Below, in pieces: positions 51,540-64,000 of a DNA stretch of 64,000 nt. How positions within the stretch are numbered: the first letter of the stretch is position 1; each line of letters begins with the position of its first letter. The DNA is from Blasia pusilla (lineage: Eukaryota), in NCBI GenBank assembly GCA_050084515.1, contig CM114271.1, positions 43,090,001-43,154,000 on the forward strand, given 5' to 3'. A program made the translations under genes and the position numbers. The notes under the pieces were generated by a model. The model made no database searches. It saw nothing but the letters and a program-made list of their open reading frames with translations, and had not been told where the DNA came from.

Positions 51540-53679
51540 TGAAGAGTTGAGGGATCCACATTGAGTTTTCTAGCGACACGACAATCTTTCAACGATCCTA
51601 ATATTATAGTGATACAAAGACGGTCCTAATCCAAAGTAGGACTTGTGGAGATGTCACATGGAGAGTATGTATCGAGCACTTTCATGCCCGCCAAGAAGGA
51701 TGTGCATGGCAACTAGACAGATAGGTGGATATGTGGAGACTATCAAGCTATCAATCGGCAAAGGAAGTCCAATAGATATGTCATGCCCACTCTTGAGGAA
51801 ATCTTTGATGCTATTGGGCATGGAAAGGTCTTTCGTTCATTGGATCTTCGAGTCGGATACCATCAGACTGGATGGACATGCAGAAGACACCATTTTGGGA
51901 CATCGATCCTCACGAGAAGAATTGTTTGTACCACTGGCGATACAAACAACCATTTGGGTTAAAGAAGGCCCAAAAAATTTTCAGAGGGTCATGGATAGGA
52001 TCTTTGCACGTCTAGATTTTGCGAGATGTTACATTCATGACATCGTAGTCTTAAGCACCACGTTTCATGAGCATGAGTGACTTCTGGAGGAGGTGTTTTG
52101 ACGATTGCAATTACATGGGCTGAAGCTACATCCATGCAAGTTAAACTTATTTCTACAACAAGTTTGAGTATTTGGGTCACACGATGTACCCAAATAGCCT
52201 TGGTGTTCAACAGACAAAGGTAGAGGCTATCTCATGCATTCCACCCCCTACAGATGTGAGTCGAGTTCTTACATTCATGGGATTGGAGAACTTTTACCAA
52301 CAGTACGTCAAGGGTTTTAGTTCGATTGCAAAGCCTCTAACCTTGCTGACCAAGGTGGATCATGAGCGGCACTAGGGGGATGTGCAGGAAAAGCATTTCA
52401 ACTACTCAAGGAGAGATAGACTTCCCATATTGAGGAAACATATAAATATCAAGGGGCTTCCTCTCTAGTTGCATACAAATTGGAGTATGTTAGGGCTTGG
52501 AGTAGTGCTCACCTTGCATGACGATGAGGGTAGAGAGTTCATGGTGGCTTACAGTAGTTGCTCAAACTACGCTGCAGAGGCAAAGTATAGCTCGTATGAG
52601 GGTGAATGCTTGGTTGTAGTGTGGATTGTCGAGCATTTTAGGTGTTATTTATTCAACAATCCCTTTACCATCATCAATGATCATCAGCCACTTAAGTGAT
52701 CGATGGAGTTTGACTACAACAAGCCAGACGGTTTCGATAGGAGGATACATATGTATTGCGAGTTTGGGAGGATGGTAGAGTATATGTAATGAAGTCATCC
52801 TTTGTAGAGAGCATGTTTGGTGAAGCTTGCTCACGAGGAGTTGGGTCACTTTGGAGTGGAGCAGACGTACAGCTTGCTCCAGATACAATATTGATGGCTA
52901 GATATGCAGACTGATATTTAGCAATTTGTTGCCAAATGCATGGTGTGTGATCGGGTCTTGGCACCGTTCAATGCTCCAACTCCATATTTTCATCTACTTC
53001 CTATTATGGGTTTGGGTCATAAAGGTGTGAGAAAAGAGAAAGTGACGAAATCACTGAAATGTTTACAAAACTTAGAGATACAAAGTGGCCTAGTCCGTCC
53101 GTGCACTCACAGAAGAGCTTCGATGGAACCTACCGCTGCGGCTCCTGACTATTTCACTACTCAAGAAACTAGGGTTTTTTAACCTATTTTTCTTCGTTTC
53201 TGTTAATAGAATAATTTTGCTGGGGGCTACGCCCCTAGACCCTTACGACGCATCAGGGTGCCTCGCACTCTGATGCAATATAGGGTTGCATAATCCTAGT
53301 AACACTACTCCATAAACCACCTACGTCATATTACTATAACTCCTTCAACGTCTAAGTCGGAACCATCAATCTAGGCTTCTCCTCATACAAGGGGGACAAT
53401 CATATTAATGGTGCTCAGAGAAGTGGATGTTGAGAATCCAACAAAAGGATTTTGGATTTTTTAGGACCTTTACCTTTGACAGAGTGCCATAATTGTTATG
53501 TGTTGGTGATGGTTGAGCAATTCTCAAAGTGGATAGAGTTGGTTGCATTGCTTGACAAAGCAAGTGAGGGAGTAGCGTATGCCTTTCTAGATCAAATATG
53601 GTGTCATTATGGTGCACTAGCTGAGGTGTTGACAGACCAGGGTATGGATTTTCAAAAGGGAGTTTCAAGCCGTGTTTGA
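51540..53679 (+). mobile_element. Ty3/gypsy pol remnant (RT-RNaseH-integrase), chromovirus-like
   Basis: RT: KKDVHGN*TDRWICGDYQAIN...MPTLEEIFDAIG...LDLRVGYHQ, PFGLK, CYIHDIVV. RH: HTNWSMLGLGVVL...AEAKYSSYEGECL...DHQPLK. INT: DFLGPLPLT...VLTDQG. Upstream 49-51.5 kb may belong to it, but no LTR pair was found. Confidence 0.9.
53026..53443 (+). mobile_element. Short solo-LTR-like element, copy E (both ends intact, 418 bp)
   Basis: TGTGAGAAAA...GAGAATCCAACA with 5-bp TSD AAAGG at 53021-53025 and 53444-53448, inserted in the gypsy integrase. Has a ~35-bp internal deletion and a ~29-bp extra segment. Confidence 0.94.
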
Positions 53680-53895
53680 TAGTGCACCTTAATATGCTTT
53701 GTACGAGCATGAAACACAGGGTTATTAGCAAGCTTGACGCTACTAATATTGTCTGCATATATTACACTAGGACCTAAGTTACTAACACCAATCTCAACAA
53801 GTAATCGATGAAGCCACACTGCCTCACATGTTGCATTGATTGCTCCTCTGTACTCAGCCTCTGTTGAAGATAAAGCAACTGTAGGTTGCTTCTTT
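53680..53895 (-). mobile_element. Ty1/copia RNase H fragment
   Basis: Minus frame reads KKQPTVALSSTEAEYRGAINATCEAVWLHRLL...YADNISSVKLANNPVFHARTKHIKVHY. Confidence 0.93.
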
Positions 53896-55041
53896 CACTA
53901 GAACAATTCCATAGTTTTATGACTGGCTCATATGACTCCCTCAAGTCATATATGCCTTAAAATGACTGGAAATGACTGATGACTCATGGAGTCATAAAAG
54001 CCTAGTCATCTACCATACCATGACTCGAGTCATTTTAGGATGAGAGACCTAGTCATTCATTTAAATGACTGACACGTCAGTAAAGTCATATAATATGACG
54101 ACCATATCAGCATATGACGTGGCAAGTCGTCAAGTACGACTACTTAAATCATGACACATGTCACATTGTATGAGTCAACTGTAGTCATATTGTTCGGAGA
54201 ATTTCATAAAAATGACTTCATATTCAATTCTATGACTAAGTCATATTGATTATTTTGTTTCTTCTAAATAACTTTAAATGGTTGTATACGACTCAATAAA
54301 TGACACGGTCTTTGTGTATGACTCAAGTCTGACTACTTTGTATGACTCCATGCTTTGTGAATATGACTAGGAACCTAAATATGTGATTTTTTTAAATGAC
54401 TCCATGTTTTTTTTAATACATTTTTTCTTATGACTAGAATCTAACTTCTATATGACTGATATTTTGCATGACAGGTCTGAATGACTCCACGATTCATTAA
54501 TATGAGTGCATGATAGATGAATATGACTAGGTACCTACATATTTGACTTTTATGACTAGAGTTTGGCTACATTATATGACTGAATGATTTATGACTAATA
54601 TGATTCATATGATATTTAAATCACTTCAAGATATGGGAATTAGAAGTAGGTCTCATGATAGAAGGCTAAGGTTCTCTTTGCAGAATGTAGCCTATCCATT
54701 CATGCATTGATTCTCACAAGGCATTGATAAACTAACCAAATCAAGGGAAAGGTGGAGATTTTAGTTCAGACACTCCATTCATCAACTGAGAATGCGGTGT
54801 AAAAACAAATATCTGATTGGAAACTACTAACTGTCCAATGCAGGAACTAGAATAAAATTTTGTACTCTCATATTGAAGAAAAGTAAATTCAACAACAAAG
54901 AAAGTGGTCATAAAGATTACTACAAGCAATCAACATTGAACTCTGTGGAGAGTTTGAGATTTCATAGAGAACGAGTCAAAAAAACATGCACTACTCTATG
55001 TAAGTCTTGTCTGCATGTAGGCATGAACGTCTTATATTAGC

Positions 55042-58000
55042 CTATGATTTCTTGAAATTTACTTCAGGACAAAATATTGAACCTCCAAGAGCATCACCCA
55101 GAGTGTATTGGGATGGCATATTAGCCTCATTTGGCTGCCATAACTTATGATCCAAGAATGCAAGATGGACAATCTTCAGATCCACCCGTACCACCCCCGA
55201 TGGGATATCACTCCCATGAAATTTGTGTTGTCCACTCATGCCAGTTACAACACCAGTGCCCAAAATTGTCCTGCTGAGCTTGGGCTTTAGGAGTTGAACC
55301 TCATCGCCCACACGAATCTGCAAACCCAAGATCCCCGAATGAGTCTTTGGAGGAGACAAATGCATCAAGTTGGTGTTGGACATATAACACAACACATTAT
55401 TAGTTACAATTCTTTCAATTGAAATATTGTAGCACTTGAATAAAGTTCTGATTATCATGCCAAGCAAGAAAGTTTTTCTTCCAAGTCCACTTTACATCGC
55501 TGTCATATTTACTACTTGCAGCTTGAATGACGTCAGAATGCACTCTTGTAACACGTCTCTTTTTGTTTGGAGAAGAATCTTTCTCCCTAGCAATGAAACT
55601 TGCATAGTACAAAAGGATAGTAAAATAAAGGAAAAGTAATTTTGTTATGTTGAATGTACATCCATAGAAGGCTATTGATATATAGCTATAATATCAGAGA
55701 GGGAAATATACCAAGCTGGAGCTTGACATTTACTTGTTGTACAAAATCTCTTGCTGTAAAAAAAATTGAAGATCTCTTTGAATCTATAATAAGTGTAAGG
55801 ATATACCAAGCTGGAAATTGACATTTACTTGCTGTACATATTCTCTTGCTGGAAAAAAATGAAGATCTCTTTGAAACTATAGTAAGTGTAAGGATAACAA
55901 AAGTAGAGAGGGGAAGAAAAGGAAATCTGAGAGGGTTGTTGTTTTAGGTATGTTGTCAAAGCAAACAACGATACACAAAATTGGAACTTCACATTTAATT
56001 TTTGTACATTATCTTAAATCATAATGCATTGAAGATCTCTTTGAAACTATAGAAAGGGTAGGGATAACAAAAGAACGTAGGGGAAGAAAACCAAACCTGA
56101 GAGAGTTGTTGGTTTAGGGTTTTCAGAAGGCGAGCAGGGTTTTGATTTGTTTGCCTTCTTGACTATCACACAACAACAATATTTATAAGAAACTAAAAGA
56201 ATATGCACTTACAAAGGATATAATTTTTATAAACCAAATCAGGATTTTCTAAACTCAATGCTTACGAGCTCGAATCCCTTCAGTTTGCCCATCCAAGTCC
56301 CTTGATACCTCCTTATGAGCACCCAAAACATCTACTCCAATCTTTGAAGGGCCATCCTTGACACGAGCAAGATCTGCAATGTAATTTCAAAGGAAAAATT
56401 ATCAATTTCTAATAATTGCACCAATGCTTGAAAAGAAACGAACTTGAGAGAGGACTCTTACCTTCTTGCTGACTCATAATATGAGTCTTAGAAGGACCAC
56501 ATGTATTCATTTTAGGTCTCCTCTTCTCTGAAAGCTTGTTGATCATATCAACAAGCATGGAAAAGGCCTCTTTTTGTTCTTTCTGGTTTTTTTCCAACTT
56601 CTCCTCAATCAGGGATTGGTTGATTGACATCTTCTTCTCCAAGAGGAGTTGGTTCCTCTCCAATTTTTGCTCAAGATCACCCTTGATGACACCCATATCT
56701 GCATTCCATTTCTTCTCTACCTTCAGAAGTTGAGTGGTTATGCTTGACTCTACACTCATCTGAAAAATAAAATGATATCCATATAGTTAGTATGTTCCCT
56801 GCAAGTATATAGCTCCAACTCAAGGCTATATCAGTCTTTGTATGAAGATAAATCAAACACTATCATAAGTCATATTTAACTCGGTAGCATTATACTCACT
56901 CGGGAACCTCCAGTGTAAAGGCTATCACTCGCTGTTGGTGTTTGCTCTTCAGGTTCTTTCGTGGTCAAGGGTATTGTCGCACCTCCTTCCTATTGGTAAG
57001 ATTACATACAAACCAATGAAAGTGAATGTATCAGGTGGTGATGATTCCATGTATTTACAAACCTCACAATACACGGGAAATAATTCACACATAATTATAG
57101 CTAACTTACAAGACTCTCTTGTTGTGGAATTGGTCTATTGTCAGTAACACCTACATTGCTTTGTGTGGTTGATCCACCTCTGCCCTATACATGGAGAAAC
57201 CCAACAATACAATTAGAATCACTAACATTGACAAACATTAAAAATCTGAACACCAAAGTGCAGAAATCATAAATATAAAAGAAATGAAAGCTAAGGATAA
57301 CTTACAGAAAACCCCTCTAAACCTCCCCGTCCGCTGTGATTTAAAGTCATAACCTTTGATCTTGCGTTCACCATCTTTTGGGCCTTCAACATACCCTCTT
57401 CTGAAAGCCAATAATCTACCAAATGGCCCCATGCATCTTCCTTAGCATCAGGGTGGCAAGGGACATCAACATGAGCCCCATTAGCCACCCAATATGCTTT
57501 CATCGTGGACCGTTCTGTTTTTAATAATTGTGCATATTTCTTCTTCAAAAAGTCCAAGCATAAAGATGGTTCCCCAACATATGTGTACGCACTCTCAATG
57601 TGCTTGCGAACTGTTGCCACATTAATAGCCTCTTGCCTACTCATCTCGACACATGATAAGTTGAGATAGCGTAGGGTCCATACCTTTAGGTCATTCAACC
57701 ATGGCTCATAACCGGGCATCTTCGTCTTTGGAACCCCAGTAGGCAATAATTCACATCTAGGAAGTAGGTTTTGGTCCTTGCGTTGAGCCACATCACGGTT
57801 CCACAAATCTCTCTTGGTCCTACTTCTCCTCGCACTTGCCCTATCACCTGAAGAAATGAAAGGCGCAAGAAAATCAATTTAGACATGCACATGTTACAAA
57901 ACGTAGGGAATAAAGACCAGATCACTAACCACTTGTACCCAACATTATTGGTTGACATTTAGACCATGCCTCAAAAGCGACTACATGTGGACATACCCCC

Positions 58001-59815
58001 ACTTTTATTTTTGGGTTTGGAGAGACTAGGGGCCATGAAAGACTGACTGTCACTTTGATGCAAATGTACACTCGTCCCAACAAATCTCGATGGCCCATCA
58101 AAAAATGTTGAGTCAGAACCTTCTCCTGCAATTGGATAAGGGGGCAGAGGGCATGGTGCTCCATCTTGTCCACATATGGAGATAGCACTCTTACATCCTT
58201 CATCAACACTATAGACAAGAAATCAGGACTTCACAATCTGAAAAAACACACCAAAGCAGGAAAGGATAATAGCCACTTTTCGAGTCATCATGAGAAGATC
58301 AAGAGTTAAAGAGTTATCATTCCTTAAAAATAGAGAATTTGATCACAAATACACAATGTGGAAAGAAGGTTACACTTGGCGTTGCCCATGGTTGGCCTGA
58401 AGAACCAGGTTGAATGCGTCCCCATTGTTGTTGACTCCCCATCGTGGTAAAAGTTTGTGTATGAGGACCCCATTCGGCGTGAGATCCAGATGGTAGAGAT
58501 GGCTGGGTATTGCCTACCTAGGGGCTTTCTACAACTCCAGGTTGTGACCAAGACATGCCTCCAGGCCATTGGCCTTGAGCGGTCATGTGTCCAGCTGTAG
58601 GAGTTTGTTGACCCCATTGTGGTCGGGGGGAAGGGTTTAGGGGCAAGCCATAAGAGCCGTGTGGGCCATGATTCAACATCGACGGCTCGCGCTCATGAGT
58701 GTACCACCTTGCACCCATTGGTCCACCCCAGTATTGGCTACCACTCTCTGACCATGGGGGATATTGCCAACTATTGCTCTACAACATGAGGCTTTCTTGG
58801 ATGCCTTTGCTGGTCTCAGCCTTTCCAAACAATGATTTCATCATCAATCATCTATGTAAGATCATGCAAGTCTCATTTTCTACGAATAAGGAAACTACAT
58901 GCAAGAAGGAATGGAAAACCATGCAATATTATTGCAATTCACATCTCATGCAAGGTAGTGAACTACTTACTCTGAGGGAATAGCACCAAGAATTTTTGAT
59001 GCTCTTCTTTTGTTTTCCCTTATCTTCCGTGCCCGTTCTTGTTCAATTGGGAGTAGAGCATGAAGGTCCTTATCTAGTAGGTCTGGACTCTCAAATCCAT
59101 CACGAATATCAAAGTTCTCCAAGTTTGAAGAGTTTGTGGGCGTATTAGGATGTCTTAAGTTGTCATTACCTTGACCATCTAGCTCCATTATAATGTGCAG
59201 AGGTGATGTTTCTCTCTCATAAGTCATTGCCTCTCTTTCAAAACCCTTAGATGTTTCTTGCCCCTCTATACTCAAATCATAAGCCACCACATTTTTGCTG
59301 AGATCAGCCCTCTCCATGGTTGCACTCAGATCTGAAAGGGGCCCTATAGAATCGGGTCTACACACACTTGACATATTACTACTCTCTATAACTGTAGATG
59401 CAGTGGAAATCCTATTTTGCATCTGGTAATTATTTTCCTGGCCTTGGTCAAGTTCCCTTGTCTGCCCTATCTTATCCTCTTCATGTGCATTTGCACATTT
59501 CAATTCATCATCAGCAACAATGCTTTCATCACCCTTGATATTATCCTCTCTAGGGACATTCTCTACATCACTCGGCAAGGGCCTCCATCTCTCATCAATA
59601 AGATCATCATACACCACGAAACGATACACACATATCTCACTCTTGTTCTTGTGACGTCTCCACTTCAAGGCCCAAGCCTGATGATTCAGCCCATCAGGAA
59701 GTTCCCCACTTGCATCACGTAGGCCTTCAGAAGCAAGAATAGCCTCAAGGTCTGATCGAGTTCCCCCCTTACCATCTATTGTACTACCTTGGAGGGCATA
59801 TGAATGGCCCTCCAT
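55042..59815 (-). pseudogene. CACTA2 second gene region (TnpA/Ptta/Tnp1-like), multi-exon; intactness unresolved
   Basis: Exon-like ORFs: 58967-59815, Pro/Gln-rich ~58370-58780, 57300-57850 (W..LVDYWLSEEG..KAQKMVNARSK..H.GRGG), coiled-coil 56450-56760, and 55042-55330 (FHGSDIPSGVVRV...TLGDALGGSIFCP). Confidence 0.7.
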
Positions 59816-59983
59816 TATGAAAGGTTCTGTTGAAAAATGTCATCAAGGAGTTGAATCAGGAGAGTTATCATGCATGATTGACAAATGCAAACATCTCAGA
59901 CAAAGGTTAAACTAGAACCATGACTTTTGACTCACTTCTCAAAGCAAACCGCGTGTATGTCTAATATTTGAACAAAAGGAAAA

Positions 59984-62900
59984 TTAAATCTCTACATCCT
60001 CTTCGGAGCTCTCTTCTTCATAAAGCACTTCTGTGGACACGTGGATGATAGGGACATTATTACAATCTCTATTTGCAATCACCACCTCTTCAACAGTGAG
60101 CTCTATAGCACCTAGAGTGTTAGCTAGTGGCACTCTTCCTGATGGCATTTCAATCTGGTCAATTGCAACAGAATGTCCTTCATCTAGGTTTCCACCATTA
60201 TAGATATCCAAAATTACTCGACGGGATCTAGCTTCTTTTCTCAAAACAACCTTCCATCCACTTCCTTCGTTCGTATCTCCAAAAAAGACTTGTTCCACTT
60301 GAGATGGGAACACAAAGGGTTGATGGTTGATAGGTTCACAAGATCTAAGGTTTATAAGTAGGAAGCCTTCACGGTCTCACTTCATGGATGGCATCTGTGA
60401 TTTCCAATCTGCCCTCACCCACCTCCCTCTCATTAATATTACAGGTTGATCAACAATCCCGTAATCAAGCGCAATTACATCGACCAGAACTCCCACATAT
60501 GAATAAGCACAATTCTGATCATCATTACCCTCATCCAAAAATATTGCTCCAATTCCACTATCGTAAGTGGAGTATGCATTATATCCACCCTCTCCCTCTA
60601 CCCTATAGTGATTGCCATAAGCCTTCATAGACTTGTATGAGAGAACTTTTGCTTGTGGAGGAATTGACAAAGCCAATAGCTCTTCATCCACCTTCCCATC
60701 TTTTTCCCTAGCATCTCGAAGGATAGCTGGTTGAATCATCTCTTCAAAAGAAATTGATGCATTCTCAGCCTCAAATTTCCTGGTAGAAAGAAAGAACATC
60801 ACCAAAGAATAAGGTGACGTGGAAGCTGAAACAAACATGTAAGGTTCAGAAGATCAGGTTCAGGGTTTCCATACATTGAATTCATTGAATATAGTTGAAA
60901 TTTACCTATGCCACATGACCATACACTCCATATTGTGTAGGACATAGTGGTGTGCCAAGATAGTCATTTCTCGGGATAATCTGATTTCACGTCCTGCACC
61001 TTCCAACTCCTCCCCTACGACTCCTTCTTCTTCGCCGTCATCCCATATTTGTGTCCTCATATCCTCAAATTTTTTCATATACTCAGTCACAAATCCCAAT
61101 GCCTCATCTTTGATATACCCCTCCACCATACATCCCTCTGGGCGAGCTTTAGATCTAACATATTTTTTCAGAGTACCCATGTATCTTTCCATTGGATACA
61201 TCCGTGGGCAAGCTAAAGGCCCACATATATCCAATTCTTGGACGACGTGGATAAGAAGATGTGTCATCACATCAAAAAATGATGGTGGAAAGTGCATCTC
61301 CAATAGGCAAAGGGTAATTTCTGTATCCTTATGTAGTTTGTTCATAGCATGTAGGATCACAATAACCTAAATATCTTACTCAAACGCATGATTGATGAGC
61401 GAATTGGATCCTTCATTAGCCCAGAAGGGCAAAGGGAAGGATTTGGTGAATCAACACATGATAATCATGTGACTTCATGGATCCCAATTTCTTTTTAACC
61501 ACGTGCTTCTTCAACTCCGCACTATATCCTGTAGGCACTTTCGTGGACTCAATCCTAGCTAGGAAAATGGACATTTCATGAGGTGATAAAACATAATCAC
61601 ATTGAGGTTTCACTAACCCTGTTGCTTTACTTGGATGGGGTTGTAACCATAAGTGAGGTCGAATTCCACGAGCCTCCATATCTCTTCTCACCTTCACTGT
61701 ATCCTTCATCCCAAATAGAGTTTTAACTAGATTCTCAGATATATTCTTCTCCACATGCATAACATCTAGGGTGTGTCGTATCAGAAGATGCTACGTTGAG
61801 GTCAAGGAAAAATATATGCATATTCATGGTTGACAAGAGATAAGTAACTATATCACCTATCACAACAAAAATTTGAAAACAATTAGATATTTGTTGGATA
61901 CTTTCCAATATGGCAAATCAAAGAGTATACTTCGCCGCTTGACCCCTGTCCTCTTGTATGGATCAATAGGAGCATCCTCTCGACCACCTCCATATTCATA
62001 TATTTTTTTCTCTTCAGCCCATTCCAGAATTTCATGTGATGTAATCCTTGGCGGTCGTGGTCTAGACTCACTCTCACCATTGAATCGAGGGCCATAAGGT
62101 CGCCCTCTCCAAACATGGTCTAGTGGAAGATGTCTTCTATGACTGCCAAATATAGGCTTTCCACATTGTTTGGAGAAATCTGAATCCACATACGGTCCAC
62201 ATACGGTACATGCAAGTTTTCCACCATGGCTTTGCCCTGAGATTGTGCCATAGGCTGGATAATCATTTATAGTCCATAAGATCATGGCTCTAAATTTGAA
62301 CCCATGTGGTCTTTTCACATCGTGGAATTCAATTCCATTCCACAATTCCCTAAACTCCTCTATCAAGGGGGTCAAGAAGGTGTTGATATTCTCTCCATTC
62401 ACACTCTCCTTACCAAGTATGATAAGAGCCAACATGATAAAAAACTTTTTTGTTTGAAGCCAAGGTGGAAAATTGTAGTTAACCAATAGTATTGGCCATG
62501 TTGACCATGAGCTTGCCTTATCAAAGTATGGATTAACTCTGTCAAGTGCTAAACCAAACCTACAATTTCTACCCTCTATAGCAAAATCTGGGTACAAACG
62601 ATCAATATGATTCCAAGCCTTGCTGTCCCCTGCATCTCTTACCATGCCATCCTTACTTTTGTTCTCAGAAGACCAACTCAATAACTCAGACAAGGCCCTA
62701 CATACGCTGGATCCGCGGGATTACAGGGAAGTGTCTCAATACCTTATTTGGTACTAAAGACTTCCCGACTTGCTTGAACCTAGCATTCCCACACTTCGGG
62801 AAAATTTCTACACCTTCCAAGTCCCCTCAAAATAGAACACAACCTTTAGGGCAGGCATGGATAGAGTTGTAGCTCATACCAAGTTTACTAATGAGTTTAT

Positions 62901-63606
62901 TTGCTGCATAGTATGATGGTGGGACAAGATTTTCACATGGGAGTACCATCTTACGTAGGAGTTTCAATATCTCATCAATTACAATATTAGGGACCCCATG
63001 GGTCGTACCAATATTGAAAAGGAGCATAACAAATGCAAGTAAAGAAGTCTTGGCTCCAGGGAAGAGTGGCTTGCATGCTGCGGTAAGCTCATGAAAATCT
63101 GATGGAATATTTGGATCACTGGTTTCATTGAGGTTCCTGTTCTCTGTCCCACTTTCATCAACAACCATATCCTCATCATGGAGATGATCATATTCTCTAA
63201 AAATATCATTCAACATCTGGGGAACATCAATATCAACATCCAAATCAGGATTCTCTGGATGCGAGATTTCAGGTCTAACATAGGATTGCATAATGTGCTC
63301 ATGTTGCTCCTTGTCATTGACCTCTTGTTGTGTGAGCCACTCCTCATCTAAAGAGTCCCACTCCTCCCTAATTTTTGGAACTCGACAAAGATGAGATCGA
63401 CCATTTTTCCTTAGATGGTCTTCTACCTTTGCTAGTCCCAAGGTAGTTCCGCCCTTGCACTCTGTACAAGGGTATCTTTCCCTCTTCCTCCCCAGTTTGC
63501 GAGACTTATCGCACTCCCTTTGCCACAACTTATAGTCGTGTGCTTGGATTCTATGAGGATGTGTCAAATCCAACCAGACGTGAGCAGTCCTTTGTGGTAT
63601 CATCAC
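59984..63606 (-). pseudogene. CACTA2 TnpD-like transposase, frameshifted
   Basis: Motifs RYPCTEC, IHACPKGCVLF, LRHFPVIPR, DSKAW, WTINDYPAYG, MHVEKNISE, MKSHDYHV, FPPSFFDVMTHL, MYPMERY and FVFPSQVEQVFF. Frame breaks near 62827, 62700, 61400 and 60377. Confidence 0.93.
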
Positions 63607-64000
63607 CCCTACGTCAAGTTAATAAGAATAGAGGTAAATGAATAAAGGAAATTATGGCATCCCATTGTTCCTAACATTATAAACATGGAAGTGAAAATGT
63701 TTCAGTATGGTGGATATCTATTGGAGCATAATATGTTGATTTCAATATAAATGAAGGGAGAATCCGTAATTATCTATGTACCTTGAGTATATCAAGTATA
63801 CCCCTCCAGGAAATATAAACCTCTCGTTGATATCCTTCTGTGATAGTGATAATTTGATCCTCTACAATCCGCAAATGAACTTTGACACACACCTTCACAA
63901 CATGACACATGCAGATGTCTTAAGTATATGCGTAGAGATTGTATCACGTGAATGATCAGATATAAATACGTCAATACAGTTTGAATACTATAAGGTGGTA

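Larger units (their letters stand above)
53896..64000 (-). mobile_element. CACTA (En/Spm) DNA transposon 2, runs off the window
   Basis: CACTAGAACAATT at 53896, followed by ~700 bp of ATGACT/AGTCAT subterminal repeats. Same gene layout as CACTA1. Confidence 0.92.

Noticed and set aside
53026..53443. Short LTR as a hammerhead retrozyme
   Set aside because: No CTGANGA...GAAA hammerhead core was found on either strand (closest is CTGATGC), and the TSD is 5 bp, not the 4 bp typical of plant retrozymes. Other ribozyme folds are not excluded.

Overview
Eukaryotic land-plant nuclear DNA. A bryophyte or other non-seed plant is likely, but this is inferred only from the TE lineages. Two small CpG-rich gene islands sit among nested, mostly dead transposons. 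Island 1 (~7-13 kb) holds an intact single-ORF TPR-protein gene (8678-9433). Island 2 (~41.8-44.3 kb) holds a tRNA-Lys(CTT) and a three-exon DUF2431/BMT5-like methyltransferase pseudogene. The TEs are: (1) a CACTA/En-Spm element (~19.1-37.5 kb, minus) whose last TnpA-like exon is split by a Ty3/gypsy element (20133-25857, TSD CCTTC), which is itself split by a ~420-bp solo-LTR-like element and truncated by a deletion filled with templated patchwork DNA; (2) a second, chromovirus-like gypsy pol remnant; (3) a copia RNase H fragment; (4) a related CACTA running off the right edge; (5) a ~180-bp-monomer tandem array. The most unusual item is the ~420-bp TG...CA element. It occurs five times in 64 kb, has 5-bp TSDs, no internal domain, several hairpins (one with a compensatory base-pair change) and a hypervariable hairpin arm. 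No prokaryote-type system (CRISPR etc.) is supported. All family assignments come from motif recognition by eye, not database searches, and most short ORFs in the supplied track are spurious or TE fragments.
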